From Eledone cirrhosa (taxonomy: Eukaryota), in assembly GCA_964016885.1 (NCBI GenBank), contig OZ024742.1, positions 198,896,001 through 198,960,000 of the forward strand: 64,000 nucleotides of DNA, given 5' to 3'. The notes under the pieces are model-generated. The model had not been told where the DNA came from, made no database searches, and saw nothing but the letters and a program-made list of their open reading frames with translations. Numbering within the stretch: the first letter of the stretch is position 1; each line of letters begins with the position of its first letter. Positions 35,905-49,541 of the stretch are shown here, one piece after another. Both the position numbers and the translations under genes were made by a program.

Positions 35905-38600
35905 GAAGCAGACCTTCAGGCAGGAGGAGAGTCACATGGTGGTGGAACAGTGAGGTGGAGGAGTCCATCAGGGGCAAAATGTAGGCGTGGAAAGAATGGC
36001 AGGACGGGGGTAGTAGAGAACACTATCAGGTAGCTAGGAGAGAAGCTAGACAGCAAGTATACCTTGCAAAAAGGGAAGCAGAGGATAGTAAGTTCAAGCA
36101 TATTCTACAACGGGCGGACCAAAGACGTGAGATCTTCAGGATTGCAAGGCAATGTGTCAAGAACAATGATATTGTTGGGGAGACGTGTGTCCGTAATGCC
36201 GATGGTGTACGTGCCCTCACTAATAGTGATAAGAAGGTAGCTTGGAAGTGTCACTACGAGAGACTACTAAATGAGGAGAATGAACAGAATAAAGATAGTC
36301 TGCCCCGTATCGATCCAATAGAAGGACCAGCTGTGCAAGTTGATGGTAGTGTAGTAAGTAAGGCAATCAAAACTATGAAGACAGGCAAGGCAGCTGGGCA
36401 TTTGGGGATAGTTGCTGAAATGTTGAAGGTGTCTGGAATGGTGGGACATACTATGGTCACCCGGATAGTGAACCAAGTAATACAGAATGGGATCATACCA
36501 GATGACTGGCATAGAAGCATCATCATCAATTGTTACAAGGGCAAAGGAGACGCCCTGGATACAGGAAACTATAAGGGCATTAAATTAGTTGACCAGGTCA
36601 TGAAAGTCACAGAAAGAGTTATTACTCAACTGATCAGAGACCAAATTGATCTAGATGAAATGCAGTTTTGGTTTGTGCCAGGTAAAAGTACCATGGATGC
36701 TCTTTTCCTTGTACGGCAATTGCAGGAGAAGTACCTGGCTAACAGTAAATCTCTCTACTTAGCTTTAGTTGACCTGGAGAACGCCTTTGACAGAGTCCCA
36801 CATACCTTAATCTGGTGGGCTCTTAGAAAACTAGGTGTGGAAGAATGGCTTGTGAGAGCTATACAAGCCATGTATAGAGGAACAGTCAGCAAGGTTAGAA
36901 TTAACGAAGAATATTATTGTCCTACAGGCTATAACAGAGGGGGTTTATGACTGGCTGTCCATGGGAACTTCTATATGCAGATGATCTAACTCTCATAGCT
37001 GAATCTATGGCTGAACTAGAGAGGAAGTTCCAAACATGGAAGCATGGCCTTGAATCAAAAGGCCTTAGAGTCAATTTGTCTAAGACTGAGGTTCTAGTAT
37101 GCAGAAGGTGAATAGGGCACAGGTACCCTCTGGGAAATGGCCATGCTCAGTATGTAAGAAAGGAGTAGGCAGAAACTCCATTCTATGTCCCAAATGCAAA
37201 ATATGGGTATATAAAGGATGTAGTGGGATCAGAGTTAAGCTATCTAAGAATGTAGATTTTATATGTGGCTGATGCTCAGGTGCAGTAAGTAGCAAGGACC
37301 CACTGGATGATATCTCCTTCAACTGCCCAGATGGTTCTATAGTAGACACCTTCCGTTCCTGGGTGACAAAATCAGCAGTGGAGGAGGGTGCTCTGAAAGT
37401 GTAGTAGCCAGAGTTGGAACGGGATGGAAAAAGTTCAGAGAGCTAATACCACTGTTGGTCACAAGGGGTTTCTCTCTAAAAATGAAAGGCAGATTGTATG
37501 ATGCATGTATGTAGCGAAATACATCCGCGCCTTGAACTTTGGGTGATACCTAAAGATCAAATTCTAGGTCAACCACATTTATTGTGTTAACAGGTTGATG
37601 TTTTGACTGTCCCTCAAGGTGGGGAATAGGAAGTGACAGCTATATATAGGGCCTGTACCAGGCAATTCTGAACAGAGACATCGAAGCGATAGGATATGCA
37701 ACTAACTATGTAAGGATTACTGCTATCAACAAATCCCAGTGGTCTACCAACAGACCCATGAGGCCTACAGATACACACACAGAGATTGGAACCTCTATTA
37801 CTACAGACCATCTACAAGCCACGGTAGTTCACAGTTACTACAGACCATTAAGAGGTATACAAATCATTACTCTTTCTCACTCACTATGGTCTCAACTATT
37901 ACGACAAACTCCAACAACAACAGACTACAACAGCCTCACATCAGAAACAATAACAACTTTAACAACCATTGGTAACTGTTTTTATTTGTACTTATTAAAT
38001 GATTCACGTGAAGTAAACAATATATAACCAAATCATTTATTCCTAGTATTCTTAATATTCTTATATTTTTATATTCTTTATATTCCTATTATTACATATA
38101 TTCTTATTATTCTTGTTATAATCATTTCAAATATAACATATAACTTTCTAAAATTTCATTTTTTTAACCCTTCGTTAAATGTATACAAACGGCGATATTA
38201 CATGTTAGTGAGACTTGGGCATTGTGTGCTGAAGACCTGCGTAGATTAGAAAGAAATAAAGCTTGCATGCTCCGATTGATGTGTAATAGTAACGTGCGCG
38301 AAAGGCGAAGCATAAATGAACTAAGAGGGAGACTAAGCATAAGAGGTATCAAATATTGTGTTCTGGAGAGGAGATTGCATTGGTATGGACATGTGATGCA
38401 TATGAGGGATGACAGCTGTATAAAAAAGTGCAGGGCAATGAAAATTGATGGAAGCTGTGGAGTGGGTAGACCAAGAAAAACCTGGGACGAGGTGATAAAA
38501 ACTGACCTTGCCCACCTTCACCTCTCTAAGACAACGACACTGGATCGAGACCTTTGGCACCATACAGTTGTACAGAAGACCTGACTACCATTCCATACAA
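35905..38600 (+). mobile_element. RTE LINE (RT with internal Cys-rich PHD-like insert), degenerate, interrupted by a solo LTR
   Basis: MKTGKAAG, YKGKGD..NYKGIKL, QFWFVPGKST, VDLENAFD, LLYADDL; CSVC..CPKC..C insert; RRLHWYGHV, GRPRKTW. Confidence 0.9.
37510..38179. mobile_element. Probable solo LTR (670 bp), TSD TGTA
   Basis: Termini TGTAGCGAA / TTCGTTAAA (imperfect inverted). The host RTE frame LYDAC|IQTAILH resumes across it. TATA-like motif near 37641. Confidence 0.7.
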
Positions 38601-39219
38601 ACCTACAGTCAGTAGGCACCTCTTAACCCACAGTCAGTAGGCACCTCTTAACTCAATGTACACACCCTACCCCTCTTCCGTCCCGTCCACTGTCTCGATA
38701 ACACAAAAGTCCACACTGTAAGGTGGCCGTGTAGGAGACACGATGAATAGGCTCCCAGTCAATACTGTAAATGTGGTTGGTGTTAGGAAGGGCATCCAGC
38801 TGTAAAAAACCTGCCAGAGACGCTTCCATGTGAGCGAGACATGGTCTCCGCATCAAATGGAACAAAACCGTCTAACCCATGCTAGCGTGGAAGATGGACG
38901 TTAACCGACGATGATGATATATATATATATACATACATACACTCACACATATATATGTATGTATCAGTAAAATACTAAGGGTCAATTCCTATAAAACATC
39001 TTGAAAGATAATATAGTCTGAGGTATACTATGGCTGGAAAGAAGAAAAAAGATGGGGTGGTCATGGTTAGAACGTCTTTCATAAAATCATGGGTGTCCTT
39101 TTTTATCTACTGTTTAGTCAAAGAGCAGTGCTTATAACTCATTTCAGGGCCTCTGAGATTGGTGGGAGAGTATGAGGTACTATACATGCAACTTTGATGA
39201 GTTGTAGTGCACGTGATGT

Positions 39220-39790
39220 GTGATGGATTGACAGTATCGGTAGAGCGTCTGACACCATGCTTCGTGGTATAGAGTTATGGCCCTTTACTATCTGAATTCA
39301 AATCCTACCGAGGTTAACTTTGCCGTCCATCCTTATGCACTGGAGTTGATTAAATCAACTTACTCCTCCCCCAAAATTACTGGCCTTGTGCCTATAGTAG
39401 AAATCATCATTATTAGAGGGTTGGACGCCATGCTTTGATGCATAGAGTTACGGCCCTTGCCATTCTGAGTTCAAATCCCGCCTAGGTTAACTTTGCCTTT
39501 CATCCTTACGGGGTCGATAAAATAAAGTACCAGTAATGCACTGGGTAATTGCTGGCCTTGTGCCTAAAGTAGAAACAATTATTATATTATTATTAGTGCG
39601 GTGAATTGGCAGTATCGGTAGAGGGTCAGACATACTTTCCAGCATAGTTACGTCCCTTTACGATCTGAGTTCAAATCCCGCCGAGGTTAACTTTGCCTTT
39701 CATCCTTACGAGGTCGATAAAATAAAGTACCAGTAATGTACTGGGTAATTGCTGGCCTTGTGCCAAAAGTAGAAACAATTATTATTATTA
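39220..39790 (+). mobile_element. Three tandem tRNA-derived SINE copies
   Basis: Repeated B-box-like GA(G/A)TTCAAATCC and the GCTGGCCTTGTGCC..AGTAGAAA tail. Confidence 0.85.
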
Positions 39791-40289
39791 TTAAGGTATC
39801 TTCAAACTGGAAGCCTAGTACAAATGCTTGCAACAGAGTAGACTCTGTGAAAGACATCCAAAGGCCCATTGATGGTGATAAATTTGGTGACACATTATGT
39901 CTCATACCCATGTAGGCCAGAGTGGAATCTGAACTCAGAATGTAATGATTCAGAACAAATACCTGAAAACATCTCTCTCTGAAGCTCCAACAAATCTATC
40001 AATCTATTACCCTTGATTGGTACTTTATTTTACTGAGCCCCAAAACGGATTTTACCAGTAAAGTACATTCCTTTTGGGCTCCTAAGTCCAAACTTTACTG
40101 CAGCAAAGTCCAACTTTTAATTCAAGGAAGTTCAGGCTTTATTTCAGCAAAGTTCAATATTTATTCCAAAATAGAATATATATTGTAGTAGGTCTACAGA
40201 CGTCTTCACTAGATGAAAAAAAATAAGAACTTTTGGATTAGGACAATGGGATTGATGAGTTAATATCTGTATACAACAACTACAACGGT

Positions 40290-42080
40290 ACGCAATGGGG
40301 CCCACCCACAGCCCCGGTGGACAGAATGGAGAAGGCGTTTCCCCGGAGGGGGCAAGGGAGACGCGCTGGAAAAGCCACTCCAAAGCGGGTGGAAGCCAAA
40401 AGAGTCCACGGTGGATCCGCAGCGACATTGGTGTGGCTGGGAGATCTGGAGGCTGAGCCACAGTGAAATGCCGATGCGCAGGCTATGGTTGTCTAGCTGC
40501 GTGCCAGTGAAGAAGGAGGGCAGGACATGGTGCCAGGCACCACTGTGGAGTTTGGAGACCGCACAAAAACTAGCAAGGTGATGCTGGTCGAGCTGGCGTG
40601 TAAGCCTGTCTGAGGCCAGGCTGCACTGGATGGCATCCCAAGTGCGTTGGGGGGACTTGACGTCAACAAGGGGAGAAGGAGGAGGGACGTCTACTGGGCT
40701 AAGTCCCAGCTGGTCCCACGTCTCACAGGCGGCCTCACGTTCTCTGAATACAGAGGGTTCTGTTGCATTTTGAAGAACCCTGCTGACGAGGACACGGCAC
40801 GAGGTTACCGACGAAAGATACGCCAGCAAAGCTAGTGAGATCAGGGACCAGAGGCCAAGGCCACCATATCTGACAGGTAAAGTGGCCTGTTGCCACCCTA
40901 TGTCGTCAAACTTGACGTTGCATATCCCTTCGGCTGCTGCTCGGATACAAGTATCGAGGTCAGCAAGGAGAGATGTCTGGGTGTAGCATGGAGCGCTGCG
41001 GAGTGTATAGAGAAGCTTCGGCATGGCGAAGCAGTTCCTCAGCAGAAAGAGAGCTGGGTGGCCGTCAATCAAGCCCAGTCGGCTTGTGAGAGTCTGGAGC
41101 TGTTGAAGCCTGGACCTGATGGTGGAGCGGATAGCTGGCGGACATCCTCTTTGGGGGGTCACCTGAACCTGGCGGAGAATGGACCGCACGTCCAAGACGG
41201 AAGCTGCAAAGCTCGCAGCATTGAGGCTGACATTCACCACCTCCGACTTGGCCGGGTTGACCTGGAGGCCGATTCCCGCCAGGGCAGGAATCACCAATTA
41301 AAGGTCTTGGCAGACCGTCCGTACGGGCCCGCCCAACGTAGCATCATCCAGATACCAAACGTTGAGAGGGGCCGTGATACCCCAGGCAATGTGGTCAATA
41401 AAAAGGGCGAACAGGAGGGGCCCCAAAGGGTCGCCCTGTTGGACCCCAGTAGCCGAGGGTATGACTGTATCAGCAGCTAGGAGCATGCTCGGGGCTCCAT
41501 ATGACAGGTAGGCCAGTGGGTAGGCAGAGGGGGCTCGGCTGAGGCAGGCCTCGAGCAGATGATCCCGGCGTAAAGAGTTGAAGGCATTCCTCATGTCAAG
41601 CTTGACAATGAGGTGCCTGGAGTCCCTGGATGCCGGTTCCGATGGGCAGCTGTGAAGAAGTGCCTGGTTGCATGAGCGGCCCCTTCACAGCCACCGGACA
41701 CGCCGACACCCAGTTGCACCGGACTAAACTCCTCACCCAATTCGTATGTTACGGACTGGCAGATCACCTTGGCAGCCAGCCTCCGGAAGACATTTCCCAC
41801 AGCAATGGGGTGTATGCCACCCTCTTTCTTCCTGAGAGCGGTGAAGCTGGCCGAAAAAATGAAGCCTCGGGCATAAGGGTCCAGGGCACCATGGATGAGC
41901 CTATTGGTGAGTGCCACAATTGCACTCAGAAGACGCGCCCGGCCTCAGTGGAGAGGGGGATGTCAACTCCTTGAGGTAGCCTGGTCGGAGATCATCAACA
42001 CCTCCGCAGCTGCTAGCTGGGAAGGACCTGATGGCGGACATGATGTCTGCCTCAGAAGCCACAAGGAGCAAGTGGGGGTA
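40290..42080 (-). mobile_element. Second CRE-clade element, 5'-truncated, with the RLE domain deleted
   Basis: LRKKEGGIHPIAVGNVFRRL, PVQLGVGVSGGCE, GVQQGDPLGPLLF, WYLDD, CRCG..HPL fused directly to the WLFQR region. Closely related to 3225-5420. Confidence 0.9.
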
Positions 42081-42584
42081 TGATGTGCAATTATAGACCA
42101 GATCTTAATAAAGCCAACCTTTACTTCAGCAAAGATCTTAATAAGTCCAAACTTTACTGGAGCAAAGTTCCACTTTTAATTCAGAGAAGTGCAGACTTTT
42201 ATTTCAGCAAAGTTCAACCTTTACTCCAATGAAGTGCAGCCAATAGACCAGATCTTAATAAGTGCAACGTTTTTCTTCAGTATAGTTCCTTCTTTATTGA
42301 CTCTTGTTAGGTACCTGCATCAGTTGTTAGCTGCCGGGGCACTGCACCCTTTAAAATTTCCATGTGTCTATGTGTATATCATGACTCACACACTGTTCAC
42401 TTTCCTAACATTTGTACATTATTCTATGTACTATACATGCACCTTTGATGAGATGTAGTGCACCTGAACACTGTACACAATAATTTTCATTATATCATAA
42501 CAGATAAAGTTGGCCACTGCAGGATTGGAACCCAGGATACAAACAGCTTCAACAAATACAGCAAGGCATGTCTTCCAATGTTCT

Positions 42585-43300
42585 AACAATTTGCATTGGA
42601 CGAAGCCCGTCTCTAAAATTGTCAAGAAGGCCAAGGGTGTCTTAGCATCACTCAGCAAGACCTTTGTCAGCCCTCTCCAGTTATCTATTTAAAGCTGTAT
42701 ATAGCTATGATGCGGCCACACTTAGAATTTGCAACACCAGTCTGGAACCCCTATCTGGCTCAGAACATTGACCGCTTGGAAACTGTTCAGAGACGTGCAA
42801 CCAAACGAATACCCTCCATCAGGCATCTACCATACTCTGAAAGCCTTGCTTCCCTGGGCATGGATACATTGAAGCTCCGATGTCTGGCAACTGACTTGGT
42901 AAACACCCACAAAATTATTAACCATCTTGCCAACAACAACCCTGAGTACCTTTTTGATTTCCATGTGTCTAACACATGTGGGCATGCCAACAAAGTCAGA
43001 AAACAGCACAGCTCCCATGACTTTCGGAATCATTTTTTCACGCTCAGAGTTGCTGAAGCATGGAACAAACTCCCTGCATCAGTTGTTAGCTGTCGAGACA
43101 CTGCATCCTTTAAAATCTCCATGCTTCCTGAGATTCGCCAACACTACACCTAATATTCCCCCTCCATACACACGCACACATGTATATCATGACTCATACA
43201 CTATTCACTTCCCTGACATTTGTATATTATTCTATATACTATACATGCACCTTTGATGATTTGTAGTGCACCTGAGCACTGTACACAATAATTTCATTAT
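42585..43300 (+). mobile_element. CR1-group LINE 3' fragment with (ATT)n tail
   Basis: RPHLEFATPVWNPY..LETVQRRATK..FFTLRVAEAWNKLP. Further 3' UTR copies at about 42312-42495 (+) and 44830-45062 (-). Confidence 0.9.
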
Positions 43301-43384
43301 TATTATAATTATAATTCTACCAACCCACTTCCCCTAGACTGGTACTTTATTTTATCAACTAAACAACAACAAAACAATAACAAC

Positions 43385-43685
43385 TACAACAACATGACTG
43401 ACTGGAACTCCGTCTGTTACAACGAGTGTTCCAGTTGATCCAATCAACAGAACAGTCTGCTCGTAAAATTAACATGCAAGTGGTTGAGTATTCCACAGAC
43501 ATCTGTATTCATAACGTAATTCTCAGGGAGATTCAGCGTGGCACAAAATGTGACAAGGCTAGCCCTTCAAATTAGAGGTACAACTCATTTTCGCCAGCTG
43601 AGTGGACTGGAGCAATGTGAAATTGCCGGGAATTGAACTCATGACCTTATGATTGTCAGCTGAATACCCTAACCACAAAGCCATG
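43385..43685 (-). mobile_element. Second tRNA-derived SINE family copy
   Basis: Minus strand has GTGGTTAGGG (A-box-like) and GAGTTCAATTCCCGG (B box), and ends in a (TTG)n tail. Confidence 0.6.
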
Positions 43686-44015
43686 TGCCAACAACAACAT
43701 AATAAAGCTTTACACAACAACAACAAACAAATACATTTTATAACAGGCCTTTCCAAAGAAGGGCTTGCCACCCTTTTAAGTGTTTGCATAAAAATTCAAG
43801 GGTATTGTGAATACAACTGATAAATCTGTTGATTTTATGTACTACAAGCTGTACGGTTATTATTTACTGGTTATGGAAATTTTTCCTGTGAAAAAAATAT
43901 AACTTAGCAATTGTACATGTAGAAATATATCCACAAAGCTAGAATTTAATAATATCCATGACATAAAATTCCGACATATTAAAATACTGACACAAGGAAT
44001 TTCGTTTACAAAACG

Positions 44016-44700
44016 ATGGTGGTGGTGGTGGTGGTGGTGGTGGTGGTGATGGTGGTGGTGGTGGTGGTGGTGGTGGTGGTGGTAGTGGCGATGGTGGTTG
44101 TGGTGATGGTGGTGGTGGTGATGATGGCGGTGGTGGTGGTGGTGGTGATGGTGGTTGTGGTGATGGTGGTGGTTGTGGTGGTGATATGGTGGTGGTGGTG
44201 GTAGTGGTGATGGTGGTTGTGGTGATGATGGTGGTGGTGGTGGTGGTGATGGTGGTTGTGGTGATGGTGGTGGTGGTGGTGGTGGTGGTGGTGGTGGTCG
44301 TGATATGGTGGTGGTGGTGATGGTGGTTGTGGTGATGGTGGTGGTGGTGGTGGTGGTGGTGGTGATATGGTGGTGGTGGTGGTGGTGGTGATGGTGGTGG
44401 TGGTGGTAATGGTGGTGGTGGTGATGGTGGTGGTGGTGGTGATGGTGTTGGTAATGGTGGTGGTGGTGGTGATGGTGATGGTGGTGGTGGTGGTGGTGGT
44501 GATGGTGGTGGTGGTGGTAGTGGTGGTAATGTTGGTGGTAGTGGTGGTAGTAATGTAGGTGGTAGTGGTGGTAATGTTGGTGGTAGTGGTGGTGGTAATG
44601 TTTGTAGTGTTGGTGGTAATGTTAGTGGTAGTGGTGGTGGTAATGTTAGTGGTAGTGGTGGTAATGTTAGTGGTAGTGGTGGTAATTTTGGTGGTAATAA
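44016..44700. repeat. (GGT)n-derived low-complexity repeat
   Basis: Direct reading of the sequence. Confidence 0.95.
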
Positions 44701-45061
44701 TAATAATTGTTTCTACTTTAGGCATAAGGCCAGCAATTACACCAGTGCATTACTGGTACTTTATTTTATCGACCCCGTAAGGATGAAAGGCAAAGTCAAC
44801 CTTGGCGGGATTTGAACTACCAAGAAAAATAATAATAATGAAATTATTGTGTACAGTGCTCAGGTGCACTACAACTCATCAAAGTTGCATGTATAGTACA
44901 TAGAATAATATACAAATGTCAGGGAAGTGAATAGTGTATGAGTCATGATATACATGTGTGTATGTGTATGGAGGGGGAACATCAGGTGTAGTGTCGGCGA
45001 ATCTCAGGAATTATGGAGGTTTTCATGGAAGTTTTAAAGTCTCAACAGCTAACAACTGATG

Positions 45062-48000
45062 CAGTGGTAATGTGGTGGTAGTGGTGGTAATGTGGTGGTA
45101 GTGGTGGTGATGTGGTAGTAATGTTGGTAGTGGTGGTGATGTGGTGGTAATGCTGGTGGTAGTGCTGGTGATGTGGTGGTAGTGGTGGTGATGTGGTGGT
45201 AATGCTGGTAGTGGTGGTAATGCTGGTGGTAGTGGTGGTGATGTGGTAGTAATGTTGGTAGTGGTGGTAATGCTGGTGGTAGTGGTGGTAGTGGTGGTAA
45301 TGCTGGTGGTAGTGGTGGTAGTGGTGGTAATGCTGGTGGTAGTGGTGGTGATGTGGTGGTAATGTTGGTAGTGGTGGTAATGCTGGTGGTAGTGGTGGTA
45401 ATGCTGGTGGTAGTGGTGGTGATGTGGTGGTAATGTTGGTAGTGGTGGTAATGCTGGTGGTAGTGGTGGTGATGTGGTGGTAGTGGTGGTAGTGGTGGTA
45501 ATGCTGGTGGTAGTGGTGGTGATGTGGTGGTAATGTTGGTAGTGGTGGTAATGCTGGTGGTAGTGGTGGTGATGTGGTGGTAATGGTGGTAGTGGTGGTA
45601 ATGTGGTGATAGTGGTGGTGATGTGGTGGTAGTGGTGGTAGTGGTGGTAATGCTGGTGGTAGTGGCGGTGATGTGGTGGTAATGTTGGTAGTGGTGGTAA
45701 TGCTGGTGGTAGTGGTGGTGATGTGGTGGTAATGGTGGTAGTGGTGGTAATGCTGGTGGTAGTGGTGGTGATGTGGTGGCAATGTTGGTAGTGGTGGTAA
45801 TGCTGGTGGTAGTGGTGGTGATGTGGTGGTAATGGTGGTAGTGGTGGTAATGCTGGTGGTAGTGGTGGTTATGTGGTGGTAATGTGGTGGTAGTGGTGGT
45901 AATGCTGGTGGTAGTGGTGGTGATGTGGTAGTAATGTTGGTAGTGGTGGTAATGCTGGTGGTAGTGGTGGTGATGTGGTGGTAATGTTGGTAGTGGTGGT
46001 AATGCTGGTGGTAGTGGTGGTGATGTGGGGGTAATGTTGGTAGTGGTGGTAATGCTGGTGGTAGTGGTGGTGATGTGGTGGTAATGTTGGTAGTGGTGGT
46101 AATGCTTGTGGTAGTGGTGGTGATGTGGTGGTAGTGGTGGTAATGCTGGTGGTAGTGGTGGTGATGTGGTGGTAGTGGTGGTAGTGGTGGTAATGCTGGT
46201 GGTAGTGGTGGTGATGTGGTGGTAGTGGTGGTAGTGGTGGTAATGCTGGTGGTAGTGGTGGTGATGTGGTGGTAATGGTGGTAGTGGTGGTAATGTGGTG
46301 GTAGTTGTGGTGATGTGGTGGTAGTGGTGGTAGTGGTGGTAATGCTGGTGGTAGTGGTGGTGATGTGGGGGTAATGTTGGTAGTGGTGGTAATGCTGGTG
46401 GTAGTGGTGGTGATGTGGTGGTAATGGTGGTAGTGGTGGTAATGCTGGTGGTAGTGGTGGTGATGTGGTGGTAATGTTGGTAGTGGTGGTAATGCTGGTG
46501 GTAGTGGTGGTGAGGTGGTGGTAATGGTGGTAGTGGTGGTAATGCTGGTGGTAGTGGTGGTGATGTGGTGGTAATGTTGGTAGTGGTGGTAATGCTGGTG
46601 GTAGTGGTGGTGATGTGGTGGTAATGTGGTGGTAGTGGTGGTAATGCTGGTGGTAGTGGTGGTGATGTGGTGGTAATGTTGGTAGTGGTGGTAATGCTGG
46701 TGGTAGTGGTGGTGATGTGGTTGTAATGCTGGTGGTAGTTGTGGTAATGCTGGTGGTAGTGGTGGTGATGTGGTGGTAATGCTGGTAGTGGTGGTAATGC
46801 TGGTGGTAGTGGTGGTGATGTGGTGGTAATGCTGGTAGTGGTGGTAATGCTGGTGGTAGTGGTGGTGATGTGGTAGTAATGTTGGTAGTGGTGGTAAAGC
46901 TGGTGGTAGTGGTGGTGATGTGGTGGTAATGCTGGTAGTGGTGCTAATGCTGGTGGTAGTGGTGGTGATGTGGTGGTAATGCTGGTAGTGGTGGTAATGC
47001 TGGTGGTAGTGGTGGTGATGTGGTGGTAATGTTGGTAGTGGTGGTAATGCTGGTGGTAGTGGTGGTGATGTGGTGGTAATGTGGTGGTAGTGGTGGTAAT
47101 GCTGGTGGTAGTGGTGGTGATGTGGTAGTAATGTTGGTAGTGGTGGTAATGCTGGTGGTAGTGGTGGTGATGTGGTGGTAATGTTGGTAGTGGTGGTAAT
47201 GCTGGTGGTAGTGGTGGTGATGTGGTGGTAATGTTGGTAGTGGTGGTAATGCTGGTGGTAGTGGTGGTGATGTGGTGGTAATGTTGGTAGTGGTGGTAAT
47301 GCTGGTGGTAGTGGTGGTGATGTGGTGGTAATGCTGGTAGTAGTGGTGGTGATGTGGTGGTAATGTTGGTAGTGGTGGTAATGCTGGTGGTAGTGGTGGT
47401 GATGTGGTGGTAATCTTGGTGGTAGTGGTGGTAATGCTGGTGGTAGTGGTGGTGATGTGGTGGTAATGTTGGTAGTGGTGGTAATGCTGGTGGTAGTGGT
47501 GGTGATGTGGTGGTAATGCTGGTAGTGGTGGTAATGCTGGTGGTAGTGGTGGTGATGTGGTGGTAATGCTGGTAGTGGTGGTAATGCTGTTGGTAGTGGT
47601 GGTAATGCTGGTGGTAGTGGTGGTGATGTAGTGGTAATGCTGGTAGTGGTGGTAATGCTGGTGGTAGTGGTGGTGATGTGGTGGTAATGTTGGTAGTGGT
47701 GGTAATGCTGGTGGTAGTGGTGGTGATGTGGTGGTAATGTTGGTAGTGGTGGTAATGCTGGTGGTAGTGGTGGTGATGTGGTGGTAATGTTGGTAGTGGT
47801 GGTAATGCTGGTGGTAGTGGTGGTGATGTGGTGGTAATGTTGGTAGTGGTGGTAATGCTGGTGGTAGTGGTGGTGATGTGGTGGTAATGTTGGTAGTGGT
47901 GGTAATGCTGGTGGTAGTGGTGGTGATGTGGTGGTAATGTTGGTAGTGGTGGTAATGCTGGTAGTAGTGGTGGTGATGTGGTGGTAATGTTGGTAGTGGT

Positions 48001-48465
48001 GGTAATGCTGGTGGTAGTGGTGGTGATGTGGTGGTAATGTTGGTAGTGGTGGTAATGCTGGTGGTAGTGGTGGTGATGTGGTGGTAATGTTGGTAGTGGT
48101 GGTAATGCTGGTGGTAGTGGTGGTGATGTGGTGGTAATGCTGGTAGTGGTGGTAATGTTGGTAGTGGTGGTAATGCTGGTGGTAGTGGTGGTGGTAATGC
48201 TGGTGGTAGTGGTGGTGATGTGGTGGTAATGTTGGTGGTAGTGGTGGTAATGCTGGTGGTAGTGGTGGTGATGTGGTGGTAATGTTGGTAGTGGTGGTAA
48301 TGCTGGTGGTAGTGGTGGTGATGTGGTGGTAATGTTGGTAGTGGTGGTAATGCTGGTGGTAGTGGTGGTGATGTGGTGGTAATGTTGGTATTGGTGGTAA
48401 TGCTGGTGGTAGTGGTGGTGATGTGGTGGTAATGTTGGTAGTGGTGGTAATGCTGGTGGTAGTGT
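45062..48465. repeat. 50-bp minisatellite built from GGT (GTGGTAATGCTGGTGGTAGTGGTGGTGATGTGGTGGTAATGTTGGTAGTG)
   Basis: 50-bp period, visible as a 50-aa (3-unit) periodicity in the spurious minus-strand ORF. Confidence 0.9.
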
Positions 48466-48964
48466 CAAATTTCTTTTTTTAAATTTAATGGGTGAGTGGA
48501 GGTGGTGAGGTTTCTGTGACAAAATTTAATAAAACAAAAGGGAGGCGGCGGGGTAAGGGAGGGTGATTCAAAATAATTTTCGAAGGTCTGTTTTAGAAAG
48601 AAATCACTTACTTGATTATCTTGGACACGATGATGTAGCTCCACTGCTTCACACATGTCAGAGAGTGAGAGAGAGTAAGAGAGAGAGAGTGTGTGTGTGA
48701 GAGAGAGTGAAAGAGAGAGAGAGAGAGAGAGAGAGAGGGGGAGAGAGAGAGAGAGAGAGGCTGCCGGCTATGTTATACAAGTGAGTCGACAAAAGTTTTC
48801 TCAGCCATTCACCATAATAACAATGCTGCTGACACTGCTGATGGTGATGATGGTGATGGTAGTGTTGGTGATGGTGATGATGACAATGATGGTGAATATG
48901 ATGATGGCGCTGATGATGATTAGGAGGAGGCGATAGGAAAGGGAAAAGGATGTTGGGGATTTGT

Positions 48965-49541
48965 CCACCTCCATATCATCATCATCGTCATCATCACCAT
49001 CACCACCACCACCACTACCACCACCACCACCACTACCACCACTACCACCACCACCACCACTACCACCACCACCACCACCACTACGACCACCACCACCACC
49101 ACTACCACCACCAGCACAACCGCTACCACCACCGACACCACTACCATCACCACCACCACAACCACCACTAACACCACCACCACCACCACCACCAGCACCA
49201 CCACTACCACCAACACGACCACTACCAGCACCACCACCACCACCACCAGCACCACCACTACCACCACCAACACAACTACCACCACCACCACCACTCCCAC
49301 CAGCACCACCACCACTACTACCACCACTACCACCACAACCACCACCACCACCACCACCACCACCACCGCCACCACTACCACCACCACCACCACCACCACT
49401 ACCACCACCACCACCACTACTACCACCACTACCACCACAACCACCACCACTACCACCACCACCACCACCACCACTACTACCACCACTACCACCACCACCA
49501 ACACCACCACCACTATCACCACTACCACCACTACCACCACC
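48965..49541. repeat. (CCA)n low-complexity repeat
   Basis: Direct reading; opposite polarity to the GGT blocks on its left. Confidence 0.95.

Noticed and set aside
45049-48522. 1157-aa His/Pro/Thr-rich ORF
   Set aside because: It cycles through all three frames of a 50-bp CCA-rich minisatellite that lacks stop codons; no domain or gene structure.
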